Shown: in pieces, positions 12,908 to 27,100 of the stretch
Layout: every line of letters begins with the position of its first letter
Position numbering within the stretch: the first letter of the stretch is position 1
Assembly (NCBI GenBank): GCA_002189035.1
Contig: NEEC01000011.1
Location: 1,860,001-1,924,000, forward strand
Length of the DNA stretch: 64,000 nt
Reading direction: 5' to 3'
DNA from: Utricularia gibba
Taxonomy: Eukaryota > Plantae > Magnoliophyta
The notes under the pieces: model-generated
The model's input: the letters and a program-made list of their open reading frames with translations, nothing else
The model's database searches: none
What the model was told of the DNA's origin: nothing
Program-made: the position numbers and the translations under genes

Positions 12908-13260
12908 GGCCTGGATATATTCTGTACATGCATTCTCGCCCAATAACACAGTATATCCATGAGAATGAAGATTTTGGTTAGGGATCCGATCCCCTCTCCC
13001 CTTTTGACCTTTGTAAAGTAGTTTTGTAATGGCAAGGCATGTTATAGCAAACGTATGTGGTGAAAAGTTTCACAATGACAGCTTGAAAGTTTCACTAACA
13101 GTCAAGATTACAACTGGTTAAGAAGGTGATGAAAGAATGACACAAAAAACTTCCTGAAGCCGACCAGGGAGAAAATATGTCAGTTTTCATACAAATGAAT
13201 TCTAACAACTCCACATCTCAGGCAAAGAAAACCATCAAACCCCGAACATGAAACCATGAA

Positions 13261-15848
13261 TCAGGCTGTTGAAATGGACAGGAGAAGCAGGTTGATAACA
13301 AGGGAGGTTAACAGAAGCAACCATCTACTGCTAATCTCTACTGATGCAGCAGATGATATGCGCTGCGGCCTGGAAAATGGGAGAAGCCCAAAAGAATTGA
13401 TCAGTAACAGATGCAGGGTAAAGGAAATGAAAGGGCAATGGAAGATATTGTTACTTTTGTAGTCTACTTAGTGCACCACAGAACAAGGCATTGTCCGGGA
13501 CAGGAAACTCTGTTTTGTTGTTTGGCTCTGGGTCGACAATCCTGACATATGTTTCTTGTCCCAGGTACCATGAGTCCAGGTTCTCCGTTCTCAGGTTCCA
13601 CACTCCCACATTGTCTAGGGAGATCAAGATTGCTGTCCATGCACCTGGATAAACCTACAGGACACAACAAGAACAAGGAGTTCAACCGCTCTATCGCAGT
13701 AATTCATTGATCATCTGTTGCTATTTACCTGGATGGTAGTTCTAGCAATACCATCCCATTTATTGTATGTACCCCTGCTGTTCTCTGACCATTCACCGTA
13801 ATCCATACTGCAGGAAGAAGATGTATTCAGCTCTGAAAAGCATTTGTTGCTTAAACAGACTTCCAAAGAAAGAAGGCCAACATTACCCGACCACGAAGAA
13901 GGCGTATCCACTCATGTGATATGATCGAATTCTGGTCTCATTGTTCTGCAGTATAACTTCCATAAATCCTCGATAGGTACCATTGATGATGGAAGTTCCC
14001 ACCAGGGGTGCTCCGGTGATAGGCCGATTTGGGAAGTTGAGCTTGTAAACTCCCTTTACTTTATAGAAATCAGCTAGCCTGATTGGTGTGGAAGGATTCA
14101 CAAAAGATACACCACTAAGAGTTGCTCTATGTTTCCCATCAACCAGGGATGTAGGCTCGTTTCTGAGCACATACACCTCAGTCACATTGATTGAACCGTA
14201 TCTAAATGAGCCTTGTGGATTAGGGCGAGCTCCACTGGCACTCACATTCCACCTACAAAGCTCAAGAAATTCTCTTCAACGAATATGTAAGGGAAGGCAA
14301 AGTCACTGAACATTTTGAATGATGTCTTTGCAACAAAAAGAGAAAACCTGATGGATCTGGCCTGGTTCATAGAGTAAGTCTTGTCAAACTCATCTTGTGG
14401 AGCATCAGGGAGAGGGCCAGATGCTTTTCCCTTGGAGTTTGTATAATGAAGTATGGCTACACCAGTCACACGTCTCCATGTCGTTTCGTTTATGAATCTT
14501 GCACTGGAGACAATGTAGTAATCACTGCTAGCATTTTGATCCATGGTAACCAAGAAGGAGTATGTCTGCCCAACATGAATATCTAAACTAGTGTAGTTCT
14601 GCTGCACAGTATAGGAACCCTCAGTTTCTGCCAGAATCAGATAGTGGTTCTGAATTCTAAAGTTCAAACTCGTTGAAATTCCAACGTTGCTCACACGCAG
14701 CCGGTACGTCTTTCCTGAGAACCAACAGAGGATACTGAACATCAGAATACAAAGGGAAAGGTATAAAAACATCATTCTTCAAAAAGAAACTGTGCTCAGA
14801 GCTCACCTGGATGCACTGTGATGGTTTCATGGACAATGCCATCCGGAACAAGTGTATCATTATATCTATAAGGTCCTTTCCCATTAATGAGGACACCATC
14901 TGGGATCCCCAGACCTTTACCAGCATCAAGTGTTCTCCTCAAAGCCTAACATCAAAGTACAGATTCAAATGCAGCAGATGTTGAGAGAACACATATAAAA
15001 CTCACGCTAGTGGTACTGCACTCACTGTGTGATTCCTGGTATACCAATCTCCTATCACAATTGTGATATCGCCATGCGGCGTGTCGAACGGAATTGGAAT
15101 GATTGGCCTATTGTTGATAATGAAGCTCCCAAAACCTCCAGAAGCTCTCTGGAAGTTGAGTGAAGGGAAGTAGAAGAAGCTCCCAATCTGATCCTTAACC
15201 TGAAACTCATATGTCCAGTTCCACCTTGAAGGAATGGGGCAGTTAGTTCCCAGGAGGCCATCTTGCCAAGAACTTCGCCTCTGTTGTATCCCGGACCTGA
15301 TGAGCCATTCATTGCATAAGTAACATAAAAAACACAGAACTGGAATCTTAATCTTGCAGTTCATGAGCAAAAGAGAAGGCTGTTTGTCTCACCAATGGAT
15401 TAAAAAGTCTTCATCTAATTTGTTCCTCACATTCACAACTACAAAGTTGTTTGTAGTGACATTAATTGTGGGACCTGGAAACTTCCCATTCACAGCAATA
15501 ACCTGCAGTTTAGAAGCACAAATCTTGTCTCACACTGAAAAGGCTCAACTCTGTGCATCAAATTTCAGATCATATTGTCATGAAAATCGCTTAAATCTTA
15601 AGACCCCATTCAGATCTGATGCTGCATGTTTGAACTCCAAGAAACTAGACAGCCCCATATAGTGAAATCGTTCAACAAAGCAGCAAAACAGACAGAGAGA
15701 AAAAAACAACCTGTTGAGGTACTCCGAGAGGGGAAGCGGTAATGTAAGAGACAACAAACTGATAAGTAACAGTTGGATCTTCAGCAATGGACGGTGTCAG
15801 CAACAAGACATGGATACACATGAGAAAGAGAAGGTCACGACCAGCCAT
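13261..15848 (-). CDS. SKU5: GPI-anchored monocopper oxidase-like protein SKU5/SKS
   Basis: Signal peptide MAGRDLLFLMCIHVLLL, SYITASPLGVPQQVIAVNGKFPGPTI, WQDGLLGTNCPIP, KDQIGSFFYFPS, DNVGVWNLR; hydrophobic GPI tail ending at TGA 13261. Confidence 0.92.
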
Positions 15849-16950
15849 CGGGAGTTCAATTTAGCAAAACCTCAGAGCAAACGTTGCAACATCTTTTTTC
15901 TTCTAGCTTTTAATCACAAGAGAGACAACAACACACCTTTACCAGGCCTGGGTAAAAAATTCAAATGGGTTTACTTTTCGGTGGTTTTAAGAGCAAAGTT
16001 GTAGGGATGAGAAAAGACTTCAGGAATGTGTAGGTTTTGTCGGGGAACAGGGGAAAGAGACTGTTCACTAAAGTTTTCAAACCCCATTTCCCCAACCAGA
16101 AACACACAAAATAGCAAAATGCATGGGTTGAAAGTTGAAACTCCAATCTACATCAGGGAAAAACGATGAGGCCAAGATACAGCAAACTTAAGATCGACCA
16201 ACAAACTCCAAAAACTCGCCAATGACCAGTGCCATGTTCAATGGAAACAAATAAAAAAAACTTGCTCTCCATTCAATCCTCCCCGCAAACTGATTTTATT
16301 ATTTTATCACATGAAATTCATAGGATTGGACCGAATTTTTTGAAAGGAGCAAGACACAGGAGAGAGACAGAAATGATGTGCCGGGGCCCTCGTCGATGTT
16401 GAAGAAATGGCGCCTGCTGAAACCCCACGTGGGAGCCTCACTCAGTTCAATCCAATCTTAATGTCGCCTATATTCGTTACCCTCATCGCCTCACATGCAT
16501 ATCTACCATGCAAGCCACCTGTTGACCGTGGGAGGCATTGATAAAAAAAAAAAAAAATTGAAACCTTGTACATATCTTAACATTGGACAGTTTTTTTTAA
16601 ATGATTTTCTGTAAGAAACAAAATTTAACATTTGATTTTCAAGGCATGGAACTAAAAAAGACAACAAAAAGAACAGTTGAGTTTGGACAAACTTTCGCCA
16701 CCTTTTCTCACTAATCTCAAATCTGAATTCATAATCCGACAACAAAAAGAACAGTTTTTGTTCAAGCTTTGGATGAGGTACGACGGTTGTGACCAAAAAA
16801 TAGGGCGTCATAAGATAAGGTGAGAAACTCAGAACGGTTCACAAAAACTTGGGGGAAAAAAGCTGGGGAATGAATCAACTGGTAGACTCCGCGACTAGTT
16901 GGTAGCAGTAACTCCTCCGCAATTCCCTTCTCCCTGTTCCCAGTTGTTAA

Positions 16951-19943
16951 TCATCTCACTTGCACAATTCCTGCAGAGATGAGTTTCTGTATTTTGTTCA
17001 TCACGAGTGGGTTCTTCATATGCTGCTGTGCGGCATTCGGATTCTCCTGCAGATCCACCAACACCTGCGTTTCCACGCCATATTATTCATCCACTGTACT
17101 GTTCTTCTTGTCTTAACAAGGGACATGAATAGGTAGATAGATGATACATTGGTGTGTGAAATGGGAGCCCTTACCTGTCTCATTACAGGATCCGTAAGGA
17201 TGTTTTGGATCTCTGGATCCTGCATAGCTTTTGCCTGAATGAAAACAAGAAACCCAGATGTTGTTTCATCAGGAAGACAAAAAAACGCTACTACCAAACA
17301 CTTGTGTGTGTAGCAACAAACCTGTCTCTCTTTCAACTCCTCAGGGCTAAGATCTCCACGGCTGGCTTTGTTTATTTGTTCCACGCATCTGTACAAAATA
17401 TGGTGCAGCAGACGACACATGTCACAATGATGAAGCTGTGGCAAAAATGAGCATGATACACTAAACAGTGCTCCACGGCAGCTTACAACTTTGCCATTAA
17501 TATTCAAAAACGAAATTTTAGCACAATGAGAGAAAAACAGAATCACATCGCCTAAAAAACATGAAAAATAGAATAATCCAAGTGAACTCCTCACAATAAG
17601 GGAGACTGTACCTCCTGACACCATCAAGCAATTCTTGATTTTGAGGGTCCAGCTTCAAGCCTTCCTGATACGTTTCTAAAGCTTTATCATATTCCTTCAT
17701 GAAAAACTGGACAGCTCCCTTCCGGGTATAACCCTTGGAGAAGGTAGGATCAAGCTCGATGCATTTTTCAGCATCTTTAAGCCCTTCAGGCAATGCACCA
17801 AGTTTTGTGTAGGAAGCAGCCCTGTTGCTGTATGCCTGCAATTCAGCACATACACAACACGTGAGCTCCTTGCTCCACAGTAAATGGAAGACATGTCTTA
17901 CTATAGTCACACCTTATGATCATTTGGATTTCTTTTAATTGCTTCTGTATAGTGTTTTACCGCATCTGGGTACTTCTGCTCCTTGAAATATTCGTTTCCT
18001 ACATTATGTGAAAGAGCAACGAACATGTTGAAAAGCTCTAAACGGAAGATGCATACTCTAACTATAATATGAACAATTCGTCTCAAACCTTTCTCGCGCT
18101 CTTCATCAGCTATTTGAGGATTGAAGTACTCCTGCTGCTCGAATTCCTTCTTTGCTCTCTCAGCATCATTGAGTTTCTTTAAAGTATCGGGATTGCGATG
18201 CTCTGTGAGAGCTTTCTGAAAAGTTTCAATGGCAGGCTCATAATCTTTTGAACACTTGGCTAATTTAACCAAGGCAGTTCCTTTTCTGGTCAAAGCCCGG
18301 GATATCATCTTGAAGTCTGATCTCAATTCCCTACCCCTTTCTACGGCTTTGTCGCAGTCCTTTATGGCGTCCTCATACTGAAAAAGAAAACATAGTCAGA
18401 ACAACGTAGCTTGGAATGTTTTAAAAATCAGTGCAGAATTTATTGAATCCTCAACACCAGTGAACAGAAATCAGAAAACAGCGGCAGCAAATGTGATAGT
18501 AATAAGACTTATTACGTAGTTAGATATGCAACCCAAAGATTGGACAAGATAATATACACCTAGAACTTGTGTAGCAGCCTCACGACATATGGACGCATAC
18601 AAGTATTCGACACAGTTATGAGCAAAATAATCTTCTAAAAAAAGACCATAAAAAGAAAACAAAGAAGTCTGCATCATAAAGAAATCAGGTCAACTTGGAA
18701 CTATCGTTCATACTAGAGATATTCGTAGAGTGAGATTCGAGAGAGCAAACAAGCATCTTAATGGGAAGATCTTCAAATAAAAAAAAAAGGCAAGATGAGC
18801 TTACAGAGTGCAGAAAAAGACAAATAATGTACTAATGCTCGGATTTTGTTACATATTTGCAAAGATCAAGCAGAAATTAGACTAAAGCACAAAACTTTGC
18901 ATGGACAAAAGGCAAGGTGAGCGTACTTGAATCGGATGCAGTGTCACTAGCAGGCCGACGCAATAAATATAAAAACAGGCATTGGTACAATAACATTAAA
19001 AAAAAAAGATTTTAAAATATACCTCGCCCATTTCAAGATAAACAGCAGCACGGTTAGTCAAGAAAGAAATATCCTCATCATCAAGATCAATTGCCCTGGA
19101 ATAGTGCTGGATTGCTTTCTCAAAATTCTTTTGCTTATATGCTGCATTCCCAGATTCCTTCTCCTTTAAAGCTTCCTTTTTCCTCTCCCGTTTATCCTTG
19201 TGTTCATCAGGTATATCCATTTCCTCAGGCTCAGGCTGTATTTCTGCTTTCTTCTGAACATTAGACGGCTCAGCCTCCGGAGCGGCAGGCCTCTTCGTTT
19301 CTGGTGCTCCCTTGTCTTCTGCAGACGGTATCTCAGAGTCCTCGTCAGGTTTACGCGTCTGGAACTTAATATTTAATAGAACCCCCAATGCTTGCATTAC
19401 TCTTTGATCTTGCAAATACATGTTCAAATTGTTCGGATTCTTCTGAATATCTTGCATCATTTTCACAAAATCGGGCTGCTGAAGATACCCCCTGGTAGTT
19501 GAATCCGTGGACAACTTTACCCACATCTCAGGTCCGAACGCCTCGCCAAAAGGATTCCCACCAGGCCCGGCTCGAGATCTGGAACCGCGAGCCACAGCAG
19601 CCTCGGCATCCGCAAGCCCCGAATTGAGCGCCTCGTTGTTGGGTTCCACATCGAGACCCCTTTTATACGCAGAAACGGCGTCGGCATAGTTTTGGAGACC
19701 CATATACGCCGCACCCAAACGCGAATACCCCTTTCCCCAATCAGGCTTCAGTTCAACAGTCTTGTTCGCATCAGTAAGCGCGTCAGAGAATTTACCAAGA
19801 GATGCGTACGCAGCTGATCGATTCGAGTACAGAACATGGTTCGTGGGTGATAAACCGATCGCAGAAGTGAAATGGCGAACAGCCTCTTCGAAATTCCCAG
19901 AGGAGAAGGCAGCGTTACCCTTGGCCTTGGCTTCGTCAGCCAT
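16951..19943 (-). CDS. HOP: Hsp70-Hsp90 organizing protein (TPR/STI1), 7 exons
   Basis: MADEAKAKGNAAFSSG, several TPR blocks, STI1/DP domains (AMQDPEIQNILTDPVMRQ), C-term KLISAGIVQVR. Confidence 0.95.
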
Positions 19944-20081
19944 TGCTCTTCACTGCACTTTGCGATGTTGACGATTCGGATTCCGACAACCCCGACGCCA
20001 AGTGAGCGGAAGAGGCTTCTTTTCAAGTGAAGAGGATTCGGGATGTACGATTAGTCGAGTACGAGAGAGTTCTAGGCCCTT

Positions 20082-20096
20082 CTTCTAGAATGTTCC
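20082..20096. promoter_or_regulatory. Perfect three-unit heat shock element upstream of HOP
   Basis: TTC-TA-GAA-TG-TTC (nTTCnnGAAnnTTCn) about 140 bp upstream of the HOP ATG. Confidence 0.75.
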
Positions 20097-20474
20097 AGGT
20101 AATTGATTATATGCAGCAGGGGCTTATCATAATTTTTTTGTAATGATATGTTTTGGGGTAAAATTTAAATATATTAAAAATATATAAATAAGGTAATATA
20201 TAATTAATGGATAAATTATAAATAATATGAAAATTATTCAATTTATACAAAAATAATTATTTCCTAAATGTTTTTAGTGTACTAAAAATTAAAATATAAA
20301 TGTTAAATAAGATGAAAAATATAAAATATATTTTAAATTTAGATAATATCAATTTTAATTTTAATTTTTAATTATTATCATTATATGATGACCATTTTTC
20401 TCACTTTTATAATAATTCTCACTTTTCTAATGCATTCAAATTTTATTAGCATTTTCCACTTAATACTATCTATT

Positions 20475-20554
20475 AAATAATTAAAAAAAAATTAATTATT
20501 TTAAAAATAATTAAAAAAAATTAATTATTTTAAAAATAATTAAAAAATTATTTT
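20475..20554. repeat. AT-only tandem repeat of about 29 bp (about 2.7 copies)
   Basis: AAATAATTAAAAAAAA(A)TTAATTATTTTAA repeated directly. Confidence 0.7.
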
Positions 20555-20590
20555 GTTTCAAAAATTACTAATACACAAACAAAAAAGAAT

Positions 20591-23225
20591 TTACGCAGCA
20601 ACAGCCTCCTCTTTGGAAGCCATCTGATTCTGGATATGTTGGGGCACCACGTCGAATTTCGCCAACTGCATTGTGTAAGAAGCACGGCCTTTCGTCATCC
20701 CTCGGAGGGTACTAACGTACTGGAACATCTCCGCCAGAGGCACCAACGCATCCACCACCTGAAACCACCACAGCCCGTCGTCGGTGTACACTGTGCACAT
20801 ACTACTGCTTGTAAAGAAGGGGATGATGGATGGATATTGGGAAGTACCTTCAGGCCACCTGGTTTATCTCCGAAGTTGTTGATCTGGCCTCGCCGTGAGT
20901 TGAGATCTCCGATCACGTCGCCAAGATGGTCTTCTGGGGTGACAACTTCAACCTTCATGATGGGTTCGAGTAGCTGGGGGTTTGCTTTCCGGATGCCCTC
21001 CCGGAAGGCGCCCCTGGCAGCAAGCTGGAATGCGAGAACGCTTGAATCCACGTCGTGGTATGAACCATCTACGAGGACTGCACGGACGTCGACCACCGGG
21101 TACCCGGCTAACACTCCGTTGGGCATGCTTTCTTCTAAACCTTTCATGACACCAGGGATGTATTCTTTGGGTACTGCACCACCTTTGATCTCGCTCTTGA
21201 ACTCGTACCCGCTGCCGGCGTCCATTGGCTCAAACCTGACTGTGATGTCTGCAAACTGCCCAGCTCCGCCAGATTGCTTCTTGTGGACATACTTGACTTC
21301 TGTTATCTTGGAAATGCTTTCCCTGTAGTTGACTTGAGGTGCTCCGACGTTTGCCTCCACCTGAATGGGATTACAAAGTGACTTGTGGAAAAACCATGAT
21401 GAGCTAAGCCTTTTGATTTTGAATGAATGGACATAGAACAGACCTTGAACTCTCGCTTGAGCCTATCAACGATGATTTCAAGATGTAATTCTCCCATTCC
21501 TTCAATGACAGTCTGATTCGTCTCTTCATCTCGAGAGAAGTGGAAAGATGGATCTTCTTGAGCAAGTTTGATTAAGCCTACTGTCATCTTATCAAGATCA
21601 GCTTTGGTCTTCGGTTCAATGGCGACCTTTATCACAGGATCTGGGAAGTCCATTCGCTCTAGAACAATAGGCTTCTCTTGATCACACAAGGTTTCACCTG
21701 TTATGGTATCTTTCAAACCTGCTAAAGCTACAATATCACCAGTTACCGCTACTTTGATGTCTTCTCTGCTGTTGGCATGCATTTCCAAGAGTCTGCCAAT
21801 CCTTTCTTTCTTCCCTTTGTTTGCATTAAGGACATATGATCCACCATCAAGCTTCCCTGAATAGACACGCAAAAATGTAAGCGAACCCACAAAAGGATCA
21901 CTCATGATCTTGAAAGCCAACCCAGCAAATGGTTCATCATCACTAGCATTTCTCTCAACTATTATCTCTGCATCTTCAGGGTCAGTTCCTTTTATGGATG
22001 GCAAGTCAACCGGAGAAGGCAAGTAGTCAACAACAGCATCCAACAAAGGCTGAACTCCTTTGTTCTTGAATGCTGAACCACATAAAACTGGAACAAAGCT
22101 GCCTGCAATGGTTCCTTTCCTAAGCAGCTTTTTAATGGCAGCCTCATCAGGCTCCACTCCTTCGAGGTAGTTCTCCATGACAGCATCATCAAGCTCAACG
22201 ATTGTTTCAAGCATTTGGGACCTGTAATCTTGAGCCAACTCTTGAAGATCAGCAGGAATGTCCTCATATGTAAATTTTGCACCCAACTCTTCTCCAGACC
22301 AAACCACTGCTTTCATCTTCACGAGGTCGACAACTCCCTTGAACACATCTTCAGCACCGATAGGGATTTGAATCACAAGCGGCTTTGCACCAAGGTTAGT
22401 GACAATCATATCCACAGTCCTGAAGAAATTAGCTCCAAGTCGATCCATTTTATTGATAAAACAAATTCTTGGAACACCATATTTATCAGCTTGCCTCCAG
22501 ACAGTTTCAGACTGAGGTTCCACTCCAGCAACACTGTCAAACAAACATATTGCACCATCCAAGACCCTTAGAGCACGTTCCACTTCCAGTGTGAAGTCGA
22601 CATGACCAGGAGTATCGATTATGTTGATGCGGTGCTTGTTCCAAAATGTTGTAGTTGCAGCAGAAGTAATAGTGATTCCCCTTTCTTGTTCCTGCTCCAT
22701 CCAGTCCATGGTAGCTGTTCCCTCATGAACTTCACCAATTTTGTAATTTCTACCAGTATAATAAAGGATTCGCTCAGTTGTGGTGGTTTTCCCAGCGTCT
22801 ATGTGTGCCATAATTCCAATGTTGCGATAATCCTCTAGCGGCACTGATCTCTTGTCATCTAAGGAATTTCAAGCAACAGTAAACCAAACGTAAGATCAAG
22901 AAGGAGATTGGCAAAGAGTAAACCAAACCCAACTACTCATCAAAGCAGGGCAAGACATGGGAATAGTACCAGCCGCCATGGAGAACACGGTCAAGCTCCT
23001 TCCTTGGTGATTTTGTTGCAAAAATGACATATTTGTCGAAGCCAACCTGAGGGAAACGGAACCCAAAAACGGGGATGGAAGGGTTCGAGCATTCGAAACA
23101 GAAAAGGCTTTTCGACGGCGCATAGAGCGAGAAACGAGAGGCGTCGATGGCCTTCGAGAAGAGCCATTGAAGTTGCAAAGAGCGGATGAAGCATTTGAGG
23201 ACAACCCCAACAGCGATTCCGCCAT
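20591..23225 (-). CDS. SCO1: Chloroplast elongation factor G, 4 exons
   Basis: Ser-rich transit peptide, [52 protein letters not shown]-term KEEAVAA. Confidence 0.96.
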
Positions 23226-24162
23226 CGCTGTTTCTCCCAGTCACCTCACAAGCTTTATTTCCCAAAGGGGAGAGACAGTAAAGCGTTGACAAGAAGAAGG
23301 AAGAGACACATTAGGGAGAGATCGTGGCGCGTCTTCAAGCGATTTCGTGCGGCCAAAATGTATTGGAAAATGGCGATATGGTGATAACTCCAAGTATGCG
23401 GTGGCGCTTACTTGGGCTTCTGTGTTCCTCCGCTGTCCATAGACATCTTTATGGGCCACTGATTTCAAAATTCGTTTTTTTCGTTTTCTGTTTCTTGGTT
23501 TTGAAGCCAACTTTCTGCAGCTTCATCAAAAATGGAATTGAGTTTCTTCACAAGGATCTACCTGCTATGGTGATCCATGTGCAGGGATACCCGATAGCTC
23601 ACATAAGCGTGAATGGAAGGAAGAGGTATTAATGTTGCTCCCCTGTTTCAGAAAATTGCTGCTTCAAAGCAGAAACTCCAACCCTGAAAGAAGGGTTGCT
23701 TAGGTTCTGTTGATGGCTAGAAAGAAAGAAAATCCTTCCTTCTGGCCACACTCATGGTGTACGGAATGCAATTTCTGCGCGTTTTGCAGACGCCTTCCCC
23801 TTCATGCTTGGAGGGGACATCTACACCAGGTGAAGTGAAGTGGGCCTATTCTTCTACATGAGTCTTCAACAGGTTCTTGGGTAATAAACAAGACAGATCC
23901 TTGTCTTGCTCACACAAAATGGAAGCCTGCTTCAGCATTGAACCCTACAAGAGTGCAGCTCGAGCCTTGCGCAGGGCGTAGTATTGAGTTTTGGGAGAAG
24001 TGCCGCGGCTAACATTGTAGTTCCTCACTCATAGCTTCTTGATTTAATGAATTGACAAACAGTTTTTTGCAACCTTGAGACGAACAACAAGCTTAGGGGC
24101 TTGATTATTCAACGAGCAAACAGAAGCTTGAATGCAGAACCAGGACCAGGATTCACCCCATT

Positions 24163-27100
24163 TCAGAGGCTTGTGTATGGGCGGAATCCGTGCTTCAGGG
24201 CAGCGTCCCAGATCTTGACGTGGTCGAAGATCGCTTCACCGCACTCATGGACATTCCACCCTTCCAACGCGTGGAGTATACCCGCCACCCGCCAAGCGCT
24301 CATCGCCCTCCTCGGCAGCCAGTTCTGCTCACTCACCCATCAGCATTTATTAGCTACAGATGATTTTTTAAAAGAACAGAACAAATGCAATTCTGACCTC
24401 GCAGGAGTGCAGATTCTTGTACGCCGTTGGAGCCACCAGACAAGGCGTCAGCATGTAGACGGCGTCTTCTCGCGCTCTCTTTGGAGGGAACTGGGAGTAG
24501 GGGATGAAAATGGTTCCCTTTGGCGCCTTCGTCTGTTCCCCCGTCGTTAATCCTTCTCCCACAATCCACACCTGAAAGGATCATCACGCTCTGAGTTCAG
24601 GATGCTCATTTAGAAAGCTTTTTTAGTTGCCAAACTGGACCTTCGGAGTGGCAACTTTGGAGGCGACTGGGAATTCGTTGTTGGGGAACCTCCCTGAGAG
24701 TCTAAGGCTCTCGCTTTCGTATACGGTGGCGATCTGAGGAAAAGCCATTGATTAGCGAAAAGCTGTTGTTTGAATAGGATGAGATTTCATTGCTAGAACC
24801 TTGATCCCCTGTTCCAGCAATGCAGAGACGACCGCCATAGCAATCTTGCTGTGCGCGCCTCTCAGCAGGACCTGAGTCGTGCCGTCGGGAATGCTGTTTA
24901 TTACCACCGCCGCCGCCAAGCTGCTCCCATCCACCAGCTTTGTCTTAAGCTGCGGGTACCTTTTGATGAAGAGCTCTCCCTTTCTGTTCATCTCCCCCTG
25001 CTTTCAGTGCACACATCGAATCACAGGCAGTTTGATGTATGAGAAAGAAGACGAGTAGTCCAGTCCTTGCCTGGTTCAGAAGGCCTAAGGTTAGAACCTT
25101 CGCCCCTTTCGCTTCTGCTTTGAGTATGGCGTCTTCGATCATTCCATTGATTGCTCGTGCTTGCCATTTAAGGGAATACTACAGCAAACAAAAAAGATCC
25201 AACCTTTACGCCTGCCGGAAAAATGGAGTCGTCGAGCAACAAGGAACTCGTCTCACCTGAATCGCGTACCGTGGGATGGCCCAAGATTGCAACTTGAGCT
25301 TGTCGATGAAGTTCCTCTCGACGACGAAGGCCTTCCCGCCGGTGAAATTGACCATCATCGTCCAAATAGACAAGGGCCTCATCAGCCAAACCATCCAGCT
25401 GCAGGTCTGAGGCCTCGCCGCAAAAGAAGCCAATCCAATAGAGAGATGGAAGATGGAATCCACCGTCGTCAGATGCGTCAAATGGACGACATCGGGACAC
25501 TCCTCCGGCCTCTCCAGTGCCCTCTCGTGCAGATCATCGCTCGACTTGTCCACCGTGCCGTGAATGTAGTCATAGATCGGCATGAAGAGGGAGTAGTTGG
25601 TTCGAAATTGAGTGTGATGGAGGGAGTGAAACCTGAAGAAACACAGAAATACACAGAAGAACAATTAATATACTTTCACACTGAAGTTCTCTCCCAAACA
25701 CCACAAACTCTGATCAAACTCAGAAGACTGGCTGCGCAAGCTGATCACTCTTTTCAGTGTTCATGGGATCGAATGCACTTACGAGGGCGTGTACATCAAG
25801 TACTTGAGGGGCGGGAAGACGGAGAAGAGCCAGGTTGGGACGAGCTCGAAGTTGCAGTGCCCCATGTTGTTCATCAGATCAATGTAAGTGATGTATCCGT
25901 AGATGCAGGAAAGCGACGCCGTGCATGTTAGTACCGTCGAGAGGACGGGGATGGAGAAGAGGAAGAAGTAGGCCAGATGCTCTGCGAAGGGATGGATCAC
26001 AGCTGCAACAATCGCCCACACCCACAAACAAAAGAAGCAGCAACATCAGACAATTTCTACTTCAACTCAAGACTCATCTGTTTAAGCAAATAATGCAGTG
26101 ATATCCATAATAGTTTTTCTATTTTTTATCATTAATTTTTTTTATAAAAATACTAAATACATTTAGTTACAAAATTTTTAAATCTATAATATGCGATGGA
26201 TTAATTATACATTTATATCAAATTATTGATATTTCTATTTTAATAAAAATATTTTTAGTTTTATATTGAAATTAAAAATAACGGTTTTATTCTAAAAAAA
26301 TAAGACATTGTTTGATTTTCGAAAATACTTTTTTAAAAAATGATTTTAATAAAATAAAAAAATTATACTTTCATATTCTTTTTAAAACAAAAATCAATTA
26401 TCTTTAATAATAAAATGATTTCTAAAAACAAAAACTAATTTACATCTAAAAATAATTTAATAATGACATATGGTCATCATCCCAAATAAAGTACTTACAA
26501 TCAATAAAAAATAAGCTTAGAACTACTACCATAAATATTTTTATTTTTCCAGATACAATTAATTCTATTTTTATTTCTAAAATTAAAAAAAATTCCACTT
26601 TATTTTTTTTCTTTCTACATTAAATAAGGTTTAGCATCATAGAAACTGTTACCACCGACAACAGAGACTCATAATTTCTGATGTGGAATTTATAATTTAT
26701 TTGGCAACATTTGAAAAAAAGCATATTTTAATCTTTTTTTACAATTTCTATGTCCTCTTAAAGTCAATTTTAAATGTCTGAAATAATTGCGATCAGTTTA
26801 AAAAAAAAAAAAAAAAAAACTTATATGAGGTTCCTATGCAGGTAGACAGAAAGGTATCTCAGCTTACAGGTGATGGGTTCGGTGACGATGGAGGAGTGAT
26901 GGTGAGAATGGTATCTGGAGTAGAGGAAATGATGGTGAAGGGCTCTGTGAAGCCAGTAGTAGAGGTGCTCCACCACCAAGCTATGGATGACGGCCACCAT
27001 CGCCACGCCGTCGCTCCGCCACGCCGGCATGAAGCGGCTCCGCGTGATGTGGTTGTTGATCAAGTACAGCAAAATCCCGTTCAGCAGAATCTGATCATCC

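Noticed and set aside
20636-21328. 230-aa plus-strand ORF
   Set aside because: Antisense shadow of the GC-rich EF-G exon.
25161-25931. 256-aa plus-strand ORF
   Set aside because: Antisense shadow of CER1 exons.
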